Source of the DNA: Azolla caroliniana
Lineage: Eukaryota; Plantae; Polypodiophyta
Reading direction: 5' to 3'
Assembly (NCBI GenBank): GCA_043228905.1
Contig: JBHGNT010000008.1
Coordinates: forward strand, 2,046,001-2,110,000
DNA: 64,000 bases
Part shown: one piece after another, positions 51,462 through 62,400 of the stretch
Numbering within the stretch: position 1 is the first letter of the stretch
How the letters are laid out: every line of letters begins with the position of its first letter
The notes under the pieces: generated by a model
What the model was told of the DNA's origin: nothing
Databases searched by the model: none
Seen by the model: only the letters and a program-made list of their open reading frames with translations
Program-made: the position numbers and the translations under genes

Positions 51462-54400
51462 GTCCAGCCAAAATAGGAGCCGTTTGGTTGGACAGCCCTA
51501 GATCTGTGCAGCCCATTAGTGGTTCCATTCCCTCTAAGCAAGTTAGTGATGTGTTCGTAGCCCAAGTAGCAGTTAGTACTAAAAGTACCCCTCCAGTACA
51601 TACCTTAGCCCTTCTAGATTCCGGAGCTAATTCTTGCTTCATGGATAGGAATTTTGCCCGAGCTCATCAGATATCTCTCAGAAAGCTCCCATGTCCAGCC
51701 TCAGTAGTAGTCATTGATGGTCGTCCCATTGCTTCTGGTAATATCATAGAAGAGTCGGAACCCGTTAATATTGTCCTAGATAACTTAACATGTGTAGTAT
51801 CATTTAATATTATTAGTATTCCAGAACATCCCATAGTTTTAGGATTACCATGGTTCGAGTTACATAACCCAGACATAGATTGGAGGACAAGGGAAATCCG
51901 GTTGCGACAAACCCAAGGATCTACCCAGAAGGTTGCAACCATTTCGCTACGTCAGTTGCGTGAGGAAGGGCGCAAGGAGGAAATGTTTCTCTTCGCAATA
52001 TCAGTACAACCCTCCAGTACCACCAAAGAGGAGTCCACCGTTCAACTTCCCGAGAAGTATCGTCAGTATGCTGATGTGTTCGATAAAGTACAAGCCAACA
52101 CACTTCCTCATCATCGGCCGTACGATTGCGCCATCGACTTACAACCGGGAAAAGAGCCGCCATGGGGGCCGATCTACAATTTGTCACCAACCGAGCTAGA
52201 AGTCCTTCGAGCCTATATAGAGGAGAATTTGGAGAACGGTTTCATTCGGCATTCGAAATCTCCAGCCGGCGCACCCATTTTCTTCGTCAAGAAAAAAGAT
52301 GGCTCGCTTCGACTCGTTGTAGATTACCGTGGCTTGAATAAGGTCACAGTAAGAAATAGGTATGCTCTTCCCCTTATCTCAAGTCTTTTAGAACGGATCA
52401 ACGGTGCCAGGTTCTTCACGAAGATCGACTTACGAGGAGCCTATAACCTCGTACGGATCCGACCAGGAGATGAATGGAAGACCGCGTTTCGCACCAGATA
52501 TGGGCACTTCGAGTATACGGTCATGCCGTTCGGACTCACTAATGCGCCGGCAGTCTTCCAGCACATGGCGAATGATATATTTCGAGATCTTTTGGATGAT
52601 TTTTTGATCATCTATTTGGATGATCTACTGGTTTATTCAAAGACCCAAGAAGAACATGATTCTCATGTACTATTAGTACTAAAACGACTTCGAGAACATG
52701 GTCTGTATGCAAAGTTAGAGAAATGTAGTTTCGGGTGCAACCAAGTGGAGTTTCTCGGCTATGTCATCTCCTCAGAAGGCATATCTATGGACCCAGCCAA
52801 GGTCAAAACGGTGATAGAATGGCACACTCCGCGTTCGGTGCGGGATGTGCAATGCTTCCTAGGCTTTGCAAATTTTTACCGGAAGTTCATACAAAATTAC
52901 TCAAAAATTGTGCTGCCTCTCACACAGCTCACCAGGAAGGGACAATCATTCCTTTGGTCTAAAGAGACGGACATGGCTTTCGAGAGTCTTAAGAAGGCGT
53001 TTACATCAGCTCCAATTTTAGGTCATGTGGATCCGGAAAAACCATTCATTATCGAAGCTGACGCATCGGATTTCGCATTGGGGAGCATTCTGTCACAACA
53101 GGGTAACGACGAGAAGCTACATCCTGTGGCTTTCCACTCCCGTAAGTTTGACGCCGCCGAAATCAACTACGAAATTCATGATAAAGAGCTATTAGCAATA
53201 GTTGATTCTTTTATGCAATGGAGGCATTTCCTGGAGGGATCTCCTCATCAGGTCACTGTATTCAGTGACCACAAGAACCTTGCCTACTTTCAAGATGCTC
53301 GTGTACTGAATCGACGTCAAGCTCGGTGGGCCCACTTCCTCACACGCTTCGACTTCAAAATTACATATCGTCCGGGGAAGCACCAAGGGAAGGCAGATGC
53401 ATTATCACGGCGTTCGTATCTAACACCACGTCCTGGTGAGCCAGCTTTCGATAACCAGAAGCAAGTAATCTTGGGTCCAGCACGACTGCAAGCAGCACAG
53501 GTCTTTGACATGCCCGTGGATTCCGACATTACCAATACTATACGTGAGGACTTGAAGACTGACGCTTTCGCCCAAGCTATACTAGCACAAATTGACCCCT
53601 CTCGAGCGTCATGTTCACAATCACAATCACCAGGTACGGATTATCGGCAATTCAAATACTGTGATGGATTACTCTTCTTTAAAGAACTTTTGTATGTTCC
53701 TAATGGTTCTTGCCGCCTTCGAGTAGTACAAAACTGCCATGACACATATACAGCAGGACATTTTGGTAGTACTAAAACATTAGATTTAGTACAACGATCA
53801 TTCTGGTGGCCCCGTATGCGACAATTTGTCGAAGATTTTGTTCGGACTTGCGATACATGCTGCAGAGCGAAAATGCCAAGACATCATCCATATGGTTTAT
53901 TAGAACCATTACCAATTCCAAGCAAGCCATGGCAATCCATTGCTCTTGACTTCATTACAGATCTTCCAGTCTCCAAGGGATTCAGTGCGATTCTCACAGT
54001 GGTGGATCGATATACAAAGATGGCTCATTTCTTACCATGTACTAAAGAAATATCTAGTGAAGACACCGCCGAAATTGTCATGCGGGAAGTATGTCGGCAT
54101 CATGGACTCCCTGATAATATCATCAGCGATCGTGGACCTCAGTTTGTGTCAAAATTCTGGAAGCACCTTTTTAAAATGCTGAAGGTCACTTGTCACCTCT
54201 CCTCCGGCTACCACCCACAAACCGACGGTCAAGCTGAACGAACAAATCAAACACTGGAGCAGTATCTGCGGTGCTTTCTCAACTATCATCAGAATGATTG
54301 GGCAGATATTCTTCAGTTCGCCGAATTTGCCTATAATAACGCTATCCACGCATCGACTAAAGTCACGCCATTCTACGCTTATACAGGATATCATCCCCGG

Positions 54401-55045
54401 TGGTGTGTCCTTGAAACCCCAGAAGTGTCCACAAATCCTTGCGCGGAGGATCGTTTGGAGCGGTTACGCAAGATACAAGCGGATTTATCTACTCAACTCC
54501 AGCAAGCTCAACAATCACACAAGGACTACGCAGATCGTCATCGACTTCCATCCAGTTTTAACATTGGAGATCGGGTGTGGCTGCTACGACGACACATCAA
54601 GACTACTCGCCCATGTGAGAAGTTGGATTATCGGCGATTAGGTCCTTTCCGTATTATCGGGAAGATTAATGATGTCGCTTTTCGTCTCGAGCTACCTCCG
54701 CAACTTCGGATACATCCGGTGTTTCATAGTTCTCTCCTCGAACCCTATCACGAGAGCACTATCCCAGGACGTACTATACAACCACCACCTCCTATCGAGC
54801 TCGAAGATGGACCTGAGTATGAGGTCGCTGCCATCCTCGATTCCAAGATTGTTCGCAACAAGCTCTACTATCTAGTCGATTGGCTAGGATATAGTCCCAG
54901 CGAGCGTACTTGGGAACCGATCGAGAATGTGACCAATGCTCGTGCTCTTCTAGAAGACTTCCATCAACGATATCCCGAGAAACCGGGTCCTCAATCCAAA
55001 ACGACTCGTGGAACTCGTCGTTTTAAAGGGGGGATAGTGTCATAA
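51434..55045 (+). CDS. Pol (PR-RT-RH-INT-chromodomain) in the -1 frame relative to gag; the frame is open from 51434
   Basis: Protease LLDSGA, RT YLDD, RNase H EADAS, integrase HDTYTAGH..CDTC / DDE / GPF, group-I chromodomain EYEVAAILDS..YLVDWLGYSPSERTWEP. No ATG precedes the protease active site. The stop lies inside the 3' LTR. Confidence 0.93.
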   Translation, partial: PIRRRVKRLSPAKIGAVWLDSPRSVQPISGSIPSKQVSDVFVAQVAVSTKSTPPVHTLALLDSGANSCFMDRNFARAHQISLRKLPCPASVVVIDGRPIASGNIIEESEPVNIVLDNLTCVVSFNIISIPEHPIVLGLPWFELHNPDIDWRTREIRLRQTQGSTQKVATISLRQLREEGRKEEMFLFAISVQPSSTTKEESTVQLPEKYRQYADVFDKVQANTLPHHRPYDCAIDLQPGKEPPWGPIYNLSPTELEVLRAYIEENLENGFIRHSKSPAGAPIFFVKKKDGSLRLVVDYRGLNKVTVRNRYALPLISSLLERINGARFFTKIDLRGAYNLVRIRPGDEWKTAFRTRYGHFEYTVMPFGLTNAPAVFQHMANDIFRDLLDDFLIIYLDDLLVYSKTQEEHDSHVLLVLKRLREHGLYAKLEKCSFGCNQVEFLGYVISSEGISMDPAKVKTVIEWHTPRSVRDVQCFLGFANFYRKFIQNYSKIVLPLTQLTRKGQSFLWSKETDMAFESLKKAFTSAPILGHVDPEKPFIIEADASDFALGSILSQQGNDEKLHPVAFHSRKFDAAEINYEIHDKELLAIVDSFMQWRHFLEGSPHQVTVFSDHKNLAYFQDARVLNRRQARWAHFLTRFDFKITYRPGKHQGKADALSRRSYLTPRPGEPAFDNQKQVILGPARLQAAQVFDMPVDSDITNTIREDLKTDAFAQAILAQIDPSRASCSQSQSPGTDYRQFKYCDGLLFFKELLYVPNGSCRLRVVQNCHDTYTAGHFGSTKTLDLVQRSFWWPRMRQFVEDFVRTCDTCCRAKMPRHHPYGLLEPLPIPSKPWQSIALDFITDLPVSKGFSAILTVVDRYTKMAHFLPCTKEISSEDTAEIVMREVCRHHGLPDNIISDRGPQFVSKFWKHLFKMLKVTCHLSSGYHPQTDGQAERTNQTLEQYLRCFLNYHQNDWADILQFAEFAYNNAIHASTKVTPFYAYTGYHPRWCVLETPEVSTNPCAEDRLERLRKIQADLSTQLQQAQQSHKDYADRHRLPSSFNIGDRVWLLRRHIKTTRPCEKLDYRRLGPFRIIGKINDVAFRLELPPQLRIHPVFHSSLLEPYHESTIPGRTIQPPPPIELEDGPEYEVAAILDSKIVRNKLYYLVDWLGYSPSERTWEPIENVTNARALLEDFHQRYPEKPGPQSKTTRGTRRFKGGIVS
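51449..51500 (+). promoter_or_regulatory. Predicted -1 programmed ribosomal frameshift signal
   Basis: G TTA AAC in the gag frame, a 6-nt spacer, an 11-bp stem (51462-51472 with 51483-51493), and a loop able to pair with 51495-51500. Confidence 0.8.
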
Positions 55046-55327
55046 CTAGACTCGAACCCATAACCTTTTGTTACACGGGTCGAGACTTTACCATTAGGTT
55101 ATAAATTGTAATTTGAAGGATATTATTTTCATTTAGGTTTTATTGGGAAATTGATGTATATTCCAGATTTCTCTGGAACATTCTAGAAACTTCAGGAGTA
55201 TTCCTGAAGACACTATAAAAGGAGGCGCAAGGCATTAGTTCGAACCAAATCGGTTCAACGCCAGTCTTAAGCCTTCTAACTACTGTTGTATATCTTCCTT
55301 CATATAATACATATACCTTTCGCATCA

Positions 55328-55365
<38 letters not shown>

Positions 55366-55586
55366 ACCCATTCCTTCTCTCAAAGTTCGACACCTCTCAT
55401 AGTACTAATCCTTCTCTGTCTTAGTACTATTCCCCGACAATAGTACTAATCCTTCTTTTAGTACTAATTCCTTCTCTGCCTTAATAGAGTTCCTGACAAA
55501 GCGGACACCGGATATCGTCCGAACCGGATACTAGCCGAAGCGGACATCAACCGAAAGGAGCCGACCAAGTTGAGCTTGAGGGAGCG

Positions 55587-56050
55587 TGTTGAGAATCAAG
55601 CTCAACCTAGCATTGTGTGTGAACACATCATTTGAGAATCTATGAGCACTCAAAGGTCAAAAGTCACACCACTACTCTCTATACATTAACAATGTGTCAT
55701 AGAATCATATTCTATTACACATAACTAATGAGTTTCATATTCCCCGTGACTAATGAGTCTCCACATTCCCCAAGAGAGAGTGGTTGTTGTAGTGAGTTAA
55801 TGAAGAGAGAGGGTGACCTTATATAAAGCACCCTCCTCCTACTTCATAGAGTGTCAGTTGTCCTCCCTTGTAATGCTACATTTTTGTATCTCATATTCCT
55901 TGTTAATATACATCTTCTTCTTGAGTATTTTATTTTTTCCATTCTATCTAATCTAACTTGTGTTTGTCACCTCTCCTCTCTCGTACACACATACACACAC
56001 ACATAACACACATCTCTTCCGTTGCACAGAATCATATCCGATTCTTTACA
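55587..56050 (+). repeat. 3' LTR of the host Copia (464 bp)
   Basis: TGTTGAGAATC...TTCTTTACA following a PPT. Its 3' part matches 37872-38195. Confidence 0.93.
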
Positions 56051-56739
56051 TTCTCCTTATCCTATTTCGGCATTATCCTCGAATGGATTAAGAATACCTT
56101 GTCCGATTTTTCTTTAGTTTAGTTTGTGCTTATACTAAGGCCTCTCACATAGTCTAAGGCTTTTAACCTATTGGGTGAGTCATCACAATGTTGGGACTAT
56201 GTTTTCAAGAGGTAGCACTAGTGGTTCTAAAACTTGGGGAGTACTATTTTGTCTACTATGTCCACAACGGTAGGTGTTACACTAAAAGGGGGCCCATCTT
56301 CATCATGCCATTTCATGCCTATGGTGTACATCCTATCCACCATAGCTAGGATATGTATCCAATTTATCACTAAACCATTTCTTTTATGTGATGAGATGGC
56401 TCATTGCTTATATGTTATGAGGTGTCCACTGCTTATACGTGAGGAAGCTATCATCTTGTTAATGTATTTTTTGCATTTAAACTAGGACCTTTTTGTTTTC
56501 CTTCTTCATATAGAGAACATTGTTACCAAACTCCATGACCAACTAACTTGTTCGTGAGAAATGAAGGCAGTCATAAACTTGGGCAATGGATCAAGTCACT
56601 ATGAGCGCACTATATCTAAGATAATTCCCTCAAGTTGTTGGGTATAGAGGTTGAAAAGTGTTTGAATTCAACTTTACAATAATTGGATAAGGGTTTAATT
56701 GAAGAGGTAATTAGAAGGACATGTGATTAGATGAAACTC

Positions 56740-57400
56740 AAATCAACGTAATAGAATCCAATAAACCCAATTTACATTTCTTCATTAAACTTCATGCGTT
56801 GAGTAAGAACACCAATGGATGGATTCAAAAGGTGAAATGAAGGCTTTCTTAAGGGCATTTGAATGTATTTTTGTGCATCAGGAGTCCATCAAAAAACTTA
56901 TTTCTTGCGGTTGATAATGATTAGGGGTTGGGTGATAGTGTAGAACCCATAGATGCACTATCAAGAGAAAATTTGCAAATCACAAAAATTATTGCATATC
57001 TTTGACATGTGTGGGAGTCTTCCAATCCTATATGGTAGGTACCTTTGGTTCATCCATGCTTAATACCAACAAGCGAGATGACATAACCAAGGAACTCAAT
57101 TGATGTGTGATCGAATCTCTACTTCTCTTTTTTGGCAAATAGCTCATGTTGATGGATCTCGACTAGAACTAAACGAACATGATCAAATTGTTCCATCAAA
57201 TTTTCGAAGAAGATCAAGATGTCATCCAAATATACCACAATGAATCGATCTATGTATTCTGGAAAGATGTTGTTCATCATGCGTTTGAAGACCGTTGGGC
57301 CATTTGTGAGGCAAAATGGCATCACTATGTACTCGAAATGGCCATAATGAGTTTGGAAAGTTGTTTCAATTCATCATCGGGTTTGATTCAAAGTAAGTGA
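56740..57400 (-). pseudogene. Decayed Gypsy (chromovirus-like) RT/RNase H fragment
   Basis: YGHFEYIVMPFCLTNGPTVF..VVYLDDILIF..LFAKKEK, followed by decayed downstream motifs. Confidence 0.75.
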
Positions 57401-57667
57401 GAAGGTTGATTTTGGAGAAGATTCACTATCACCCATAACGTATTGCTCATCATTAGCCACATCCCCATTTATATTAGGTCCTTTTCCCAACCAATACACC
57501 TCCGCACACTCCTTATGTCCTCTACATATGTATATCTAATAAATAACTAATAAATAAATCCATAAGTAGATAAATAATCAAATCCTAAATAGACAAGTCA
57601 TGACTCATAGACCAATAAATAATAATTAATCATAATCGTAATCATTATAAAAGACTCATTATAGTAA

Positions 57668-57869
57668 TATAATGATAGTAACAACCATAATGGATAGCTA
57701 AGTACATAGTTAAACGTAAATATACTCACTAATTAATTTCAAAACAACAAAAAAAACAAGACAATTACTATAATGATAGTAACAACCATAATGGATAGCT
57801 ACCTAAGTACATAGTTAAACATAAATATACTCATTAATTAATTTCAAAACAACAAAAAAAACAAGACAA
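57668..57869. repeat. Near-perfect tandem duplication, period about 101 bp
   Basis: tataatgatagtaacaaccataatggatagcta...caaaacaacaaaaaaaacaagacaa starts at 57668 and again at 57769. Confidence 0.85.
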
Positions 57870-59061
57870 AAGTAATAACACCTAATAGGGAAGTTGAGGC
57901 TACTGAGCATATATGCATACAAAACAAAGTTGTTGATGCTTATGATGATGTCAATCACCCTAGAGTCTCCAATTCACCTTCGAAATCAAGTTTCTCTAAA
58001 GGTGCCAAAACAACTCATAACTTGGAATCTTGCCCTTCCAAAGGTCAATACCAAGTCCCGACTCCCAAGGAGTCACCTACCTCCCAATAGGCTAACTTAA
58101 AGATTGGGGTATGTCACTCCCCAATGACAAAGATCATATCATACATCAACGCATAGAATCACTTACCTCTCCACTCCATGCAATCGTGAAAGACTCAAAG
58201 GCTTCTCAAGTTAATTTTAAATTAACATGTTTAATCACTACATTAATTAACAAATATGTTAGTCTTAATTAAATTAAAAATTGTGAAGTCCAAAACATGT
58301 ATAGATTGATTACTTAGTCCAAAAATCTAAATGTAGTAAAGTGGTTCTTAGTGGATACAAAAAGTAGGGAATGAGAACCAAAAGTAAGGGCACCCAAAGG
58401 TTATTTTTTACATGAGAGCTTATCCCCAAGTTGGAAATTATGCTAAAGCCCATTGCCCATTCTTAGTAAAGGCTAATTCCCCACAAATCACAATTTGACT
58501 ATGTGTCTTGCATACATTTGATTAATAAACAATATTTTAGAAGGCACACAAAGTGATGGTGGGGTTTAGGGTTGAAGTGAGGGCCCCGAACGAAGCAGAT
58601 CCCTATTTCTTCAAGCGAGTCATCGTCACAGGAAGCGATGGAATGGTTTATGGCTGTAAAGAGCACCTCAAATGCAACACATCGATGACGAGTTTCCCTA
58701 CTCCTAATGTGACATGTATGTCTCTTCGATTAGGGTGTAAGGTTAATAGTAGGGCATTAGAGGGCAAGGGAGACAGAGGCAGAGGGCTACAAAAGAACAT
58801 GTTGGCGAAGGAGCCATCACAAGGCAGTAAAGCATCAGTTAACAAATAACGTATTGGTGGTAAGGGTGTCAGTCGTGCGGTGGGTGGAGTCGAGGTATGC
58901 ATTACAAGGGATGAATAAGGATCAGGAAAACAGTGAGGGAGTAGAACAGGGGTAGCGAGGACCACAAGGAGGGTCGCCTCAAGGGCGGGTTGTTGTGGAG
59001 ATAGAGGCCACAGAGTACACATTGCAAGTGGAAAATCTTCTGCAAGAATGTGGTCAAGCAC

Positions 59062-59446
59062 TGTAAAGAATCAAGAGATGGATTCTTGTGAAGCGGAAGA
59101 GATGTGAGTTATGTGTGTGTAAGAGAGAGAGAGAGAGAGTGAGAGAGTGAAACACAGAGAATACACAAGGTAAAAGTATATAGACAAAGGACAAAGACAC
59201 AACGATATACAAGGTGGGAGGAGGGTGCTTTATGTAGTCGCCCTCTCTCTTCATTAACCACAAGCCTCATGGAGCATGGGGAATGTGAAAGCTCATAAGT
59301 TATGTGTCATAGAATATGATTCTATGACTCATACTAAATGCTAGAATACAAAGTGGTGACATAATGGTGACTCTTGACCGTTGGAGTGTCTCTTCACTCT
59401 CAAGGTGAGTTCACACACTAGACCAAGTTGAGCTTGATTCTCAACA
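59062..59446 (-). repeat. 3' LTR (385 bp), same family as the solo LTR at 14968
   Basis: On the minus strand it reads TGTTGAGAATCAAGCTCAACTTGGTCTAG...TTCTTTACA. Confidence 0.93.
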
Positions 59447-62400
59447 TGCCCCCTCAAGCTCAAGTCGGGTCGGTTTCAGACAGTATCTGAAATCTGCTTC
59501 AACTCGCGTTCCGGAGTTCGCGTCGGCTCGCGTCGGCTCACTTTATGCGGAGTTGCGGAATCCGTGCTCCAGCTTGCGTTGTGCGAAGTTTGTGCTTTGG
59601 CTTGCGTGCATAGTTGCGAAGTCTGTGCTTCGGCTTGCGTCTTTCTTCGTGGCTTTGCGCGGTAGATCGGCTCTTTGCTGCTTCGTTGCGTGGTTGCGGA
59701 ATCCACGCGTTATTGCATAGTGTCTTCAGTACTCCCCCTCAAGCTTGGTAGGTCAAGGATCATCAATCCGAGATCGGTCATGAATTGCCACAGCTTGTTG
59801 GCTCCTAAGGCTTTAGTGAAGATGTCAGCCGTTTGAAGATTGGTGCTAATGTGTTGTAGGTCGACATCACCAACCAGAACGCGCTCTCGGATGAAGTGAT
59901 AGTGCACTTCGATGTGCTTTGTCCGCGCGTGGAACACCGGGTTCCGAGCCAGATAGATACTGCTCATGTTGTCGCAGTAAAGGGAAGTCGGATCCTTGAT
60001 GGGTACGCCCAGATCCTTCAAAATCCTCTTGAGCCATATGGCTTCACACGCAGCTACGGCTGCGCCCCTGTATTCCGCCTCCGTACTCGAAAGAGCGACG
60101 GTAGGCTACTTCGTGCTACTCCAGGATATTGCTCCGCTGCCGAGGGAGAAAACAAATCCGGAGGTTGATCCTCTATCAGCTTTGTAGCTGGCCCAATCGG
60201 CGTCTGTGTACCCCTCGAGTCGTATTGGCATCGCGGTCTTGTAGAGGATGCCGCAATCCATTGTGCCGTTGACGTAGCATAGAACTCGCTTAGCGCAATC
60301 CGAGTATCACGCGGTGTTTGCATGAATTGGCTAAGGAGACCGACCGGATAACTGAGATCGGGTCATGTGATCGTGGGGTAGATGAGACTCCCGATGAGTT
60401 GCCGATACTGAGTTGGCTCACACGCTTTGGTGCCGGAGTTCGCATCTAGTTTGAGATTACGATCGAGGAGGGTTGCCACGGATTTGCACTCAGCCATCCC
60501 GAACTTGTATAACAAGTTGAGGATGTAGTGCCGTTGAGAGATCATGATTCCGACCAGAGTCTGAATTACCTCGATGCCGAGGAAGTAGTGGAGTTCCTTC
60601 ATGTCCGTCATCTCGAACTTGTCGGAAATGAGGGATTTGACTTTATTGATTTCGACGAGATGCTCACCTCCAATGACTAGGTCATCCACATATAAAATGA
60701 TGACGATCTAACTTGCGGAATCGCTTCGTATGTAGAGGGAGTTGTCCGATTTTGACATATGGAAGCTGATTTGATGAAGATATTGCGTTATCTTCGAATG
60801 CCAAGCACGCGGTGCTTGCTTGAGGCCGTAGAGTGGCTTCTTGAGTCGGCAAACAGCTTTCGGATGGGTGCTCGAGTTGAAGTCGGGTGGTTGGATCATG
60901 TACACCTCCTCTTCTAATTCGCCTTGTAGAAAGGCGTTCTTGACGTCCATTTGATGGAGGTGCCACCCTTTCGCCGCGGCAATCGGAATTACGGTCCGCA
61001 CCGTCGTAATCTTTGCCACCGGGGCAAAGGTCTCTTCGTAGTCGATGCTATGTGTCTGAGCGTATCCTTTTGCTACGAGTTGAGCTTTGTAGCGGTTTAC
61101 AAAGCCATCGGCGTTATACTTCACCTTGTAGATCCATCTGCGTCCGATCGCCTTTTTGTGTGGTGAGGTGGGAACGAGATCCCATGTCTCGTTCTTCCGT
61201 AGTGCTTGCATCTCCTCGTTCATTGCTTCGATCCATCGCGGGTCCCTCGCAGCTTCCGAAAACGTCTCCGGCTCCCGTACTGTCGCTACCTTCATCATAA
61301 AGGCGTAATGGTACGCCATATAAATGTTGTAGCCGAATCGGTTTACAGGGTTCTTTTCACGAGTGGATCGGTGGAGCTTTTCATTTGCAGAGATGAGGGC
61401 TTTCTTAGCTCCGATTGGTACCTCGAAACTGCCGAACTCACTGTCGAGTGAGTGAGTCGACTCATCGTCATTGAAGCGATCATCTTTGTATTCTGACATT
61501 TTCGCCTTGCCTTTGTCCATCTTCGAGCTAGGCCGTGATGTGCTTTGATCGCTCAAAGGCTCTTGTGGTCCGCTCAATCAAGTCGTAATCGGACTTTCTT
61601 CGATTATGCGCATAAGGCGATCTTCATCTTCGATCTCTTGTTCGGCGAATTCCGGGTCAAGCGGAGTCAGAGTTGGAGTTGTCTCTGGTGCGTACCAAGA
61701 TGCGGACTCGTCAAAAACTGACGTCTCGACTTACTCGAGATTTTCGAGTTGAGGGGTTGTAGCACTTGTACCCCTTTTGCTCCAATGAGTATCCTATGAG
61801 GATACATTTCTCCGACTTCAGGTCAAGCTTTTGACACTTCTCGTCAGGGATGTGCACGTACGCTATCATGCCGAATATCCGGATGTGCGATAAGTTCGGC
61901 TTCTTTCCGAAGTATTTTTCGTGTGGAGTGACCTCGTGCATGCCGGATGTTGTGCACCAGTTTATTAGGTAGACGGCCGTATTTGCAGCTTCGGCCCAAT
62001 ATGACTTGGGCATATGCTTCTTGTTCATCATGGCCCGCGCTACTTCGAGGATGTGCCGATTTTTGCGCTCGGCTACTCCGTTTTGTTGCGGAGTGTGTCG
62101 GCAAGTGAATTCTCGCCGAATTCCTTCCTTTCGGAGATACGCCATGAAATCGTCCGAGAAGTACTCCTTGCCACGATCCGATCGAAGGCATCGTACATGT
62201 TGGCCCATGGCTTTCTCGACTTCATTCTTGAAATTTTGGAAGTGTCCGAACACTTCGCTCTTTTGCCGCATTGGGTAGATCCAAGTGTGCCTAGAGAAGT
62301 CATCGATGAAGAGCACGTAATATCGGTATCCGCCGAATGTAGCCGTCTGTGCCGGTCCCCATATGTCGGAATGGACTACGTCGAGTAGATCTTTGCTCAC

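Larger units (their letters stand above)
49729..55498 (+). mobile_element. Intact Tcn1/Tf1-sushi-like Ty3/Gypsy chromovirus with TSD AAGCG
   Basis: LTRs at 49729-50193 and 55038-55498 appear identical except for two CT units. AAGCG lies at 49724-49728 and 55499-55503. PPT AAAGGGGGGATAG. No TGG-type tRNA PBS. Confidence 0.97.
37872..56050 (+). mobile_element. Decayed Ty1/Copia element interrupted by two chromovirus insertions
   Basis: Partial 5' LTR 37872-38195, PBS TGGTATCAGAG at 38196-38206, gag from about 38365 and protease WFVDSDASNH. Coding sequence resumes at 46612 (INT, RT YVDD, RNase H to about 49697). PPT and 3' LTR at 55587-56050. Many stops and frameshifts. Confidence 0.93.

Noticed and set aside
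51459-51490. Stop-codon readthrough or TTG initiation for pol
   Set aside because: Pol is not in the gag frame, and a slippery site plus structure sits exactly in the overlap.
58553-59061. 137-aa and 98-aa ORFs beside the LTR
   Set aside because: No recognisable motifs or gene structure, and the longer one starts at the LTR edge.
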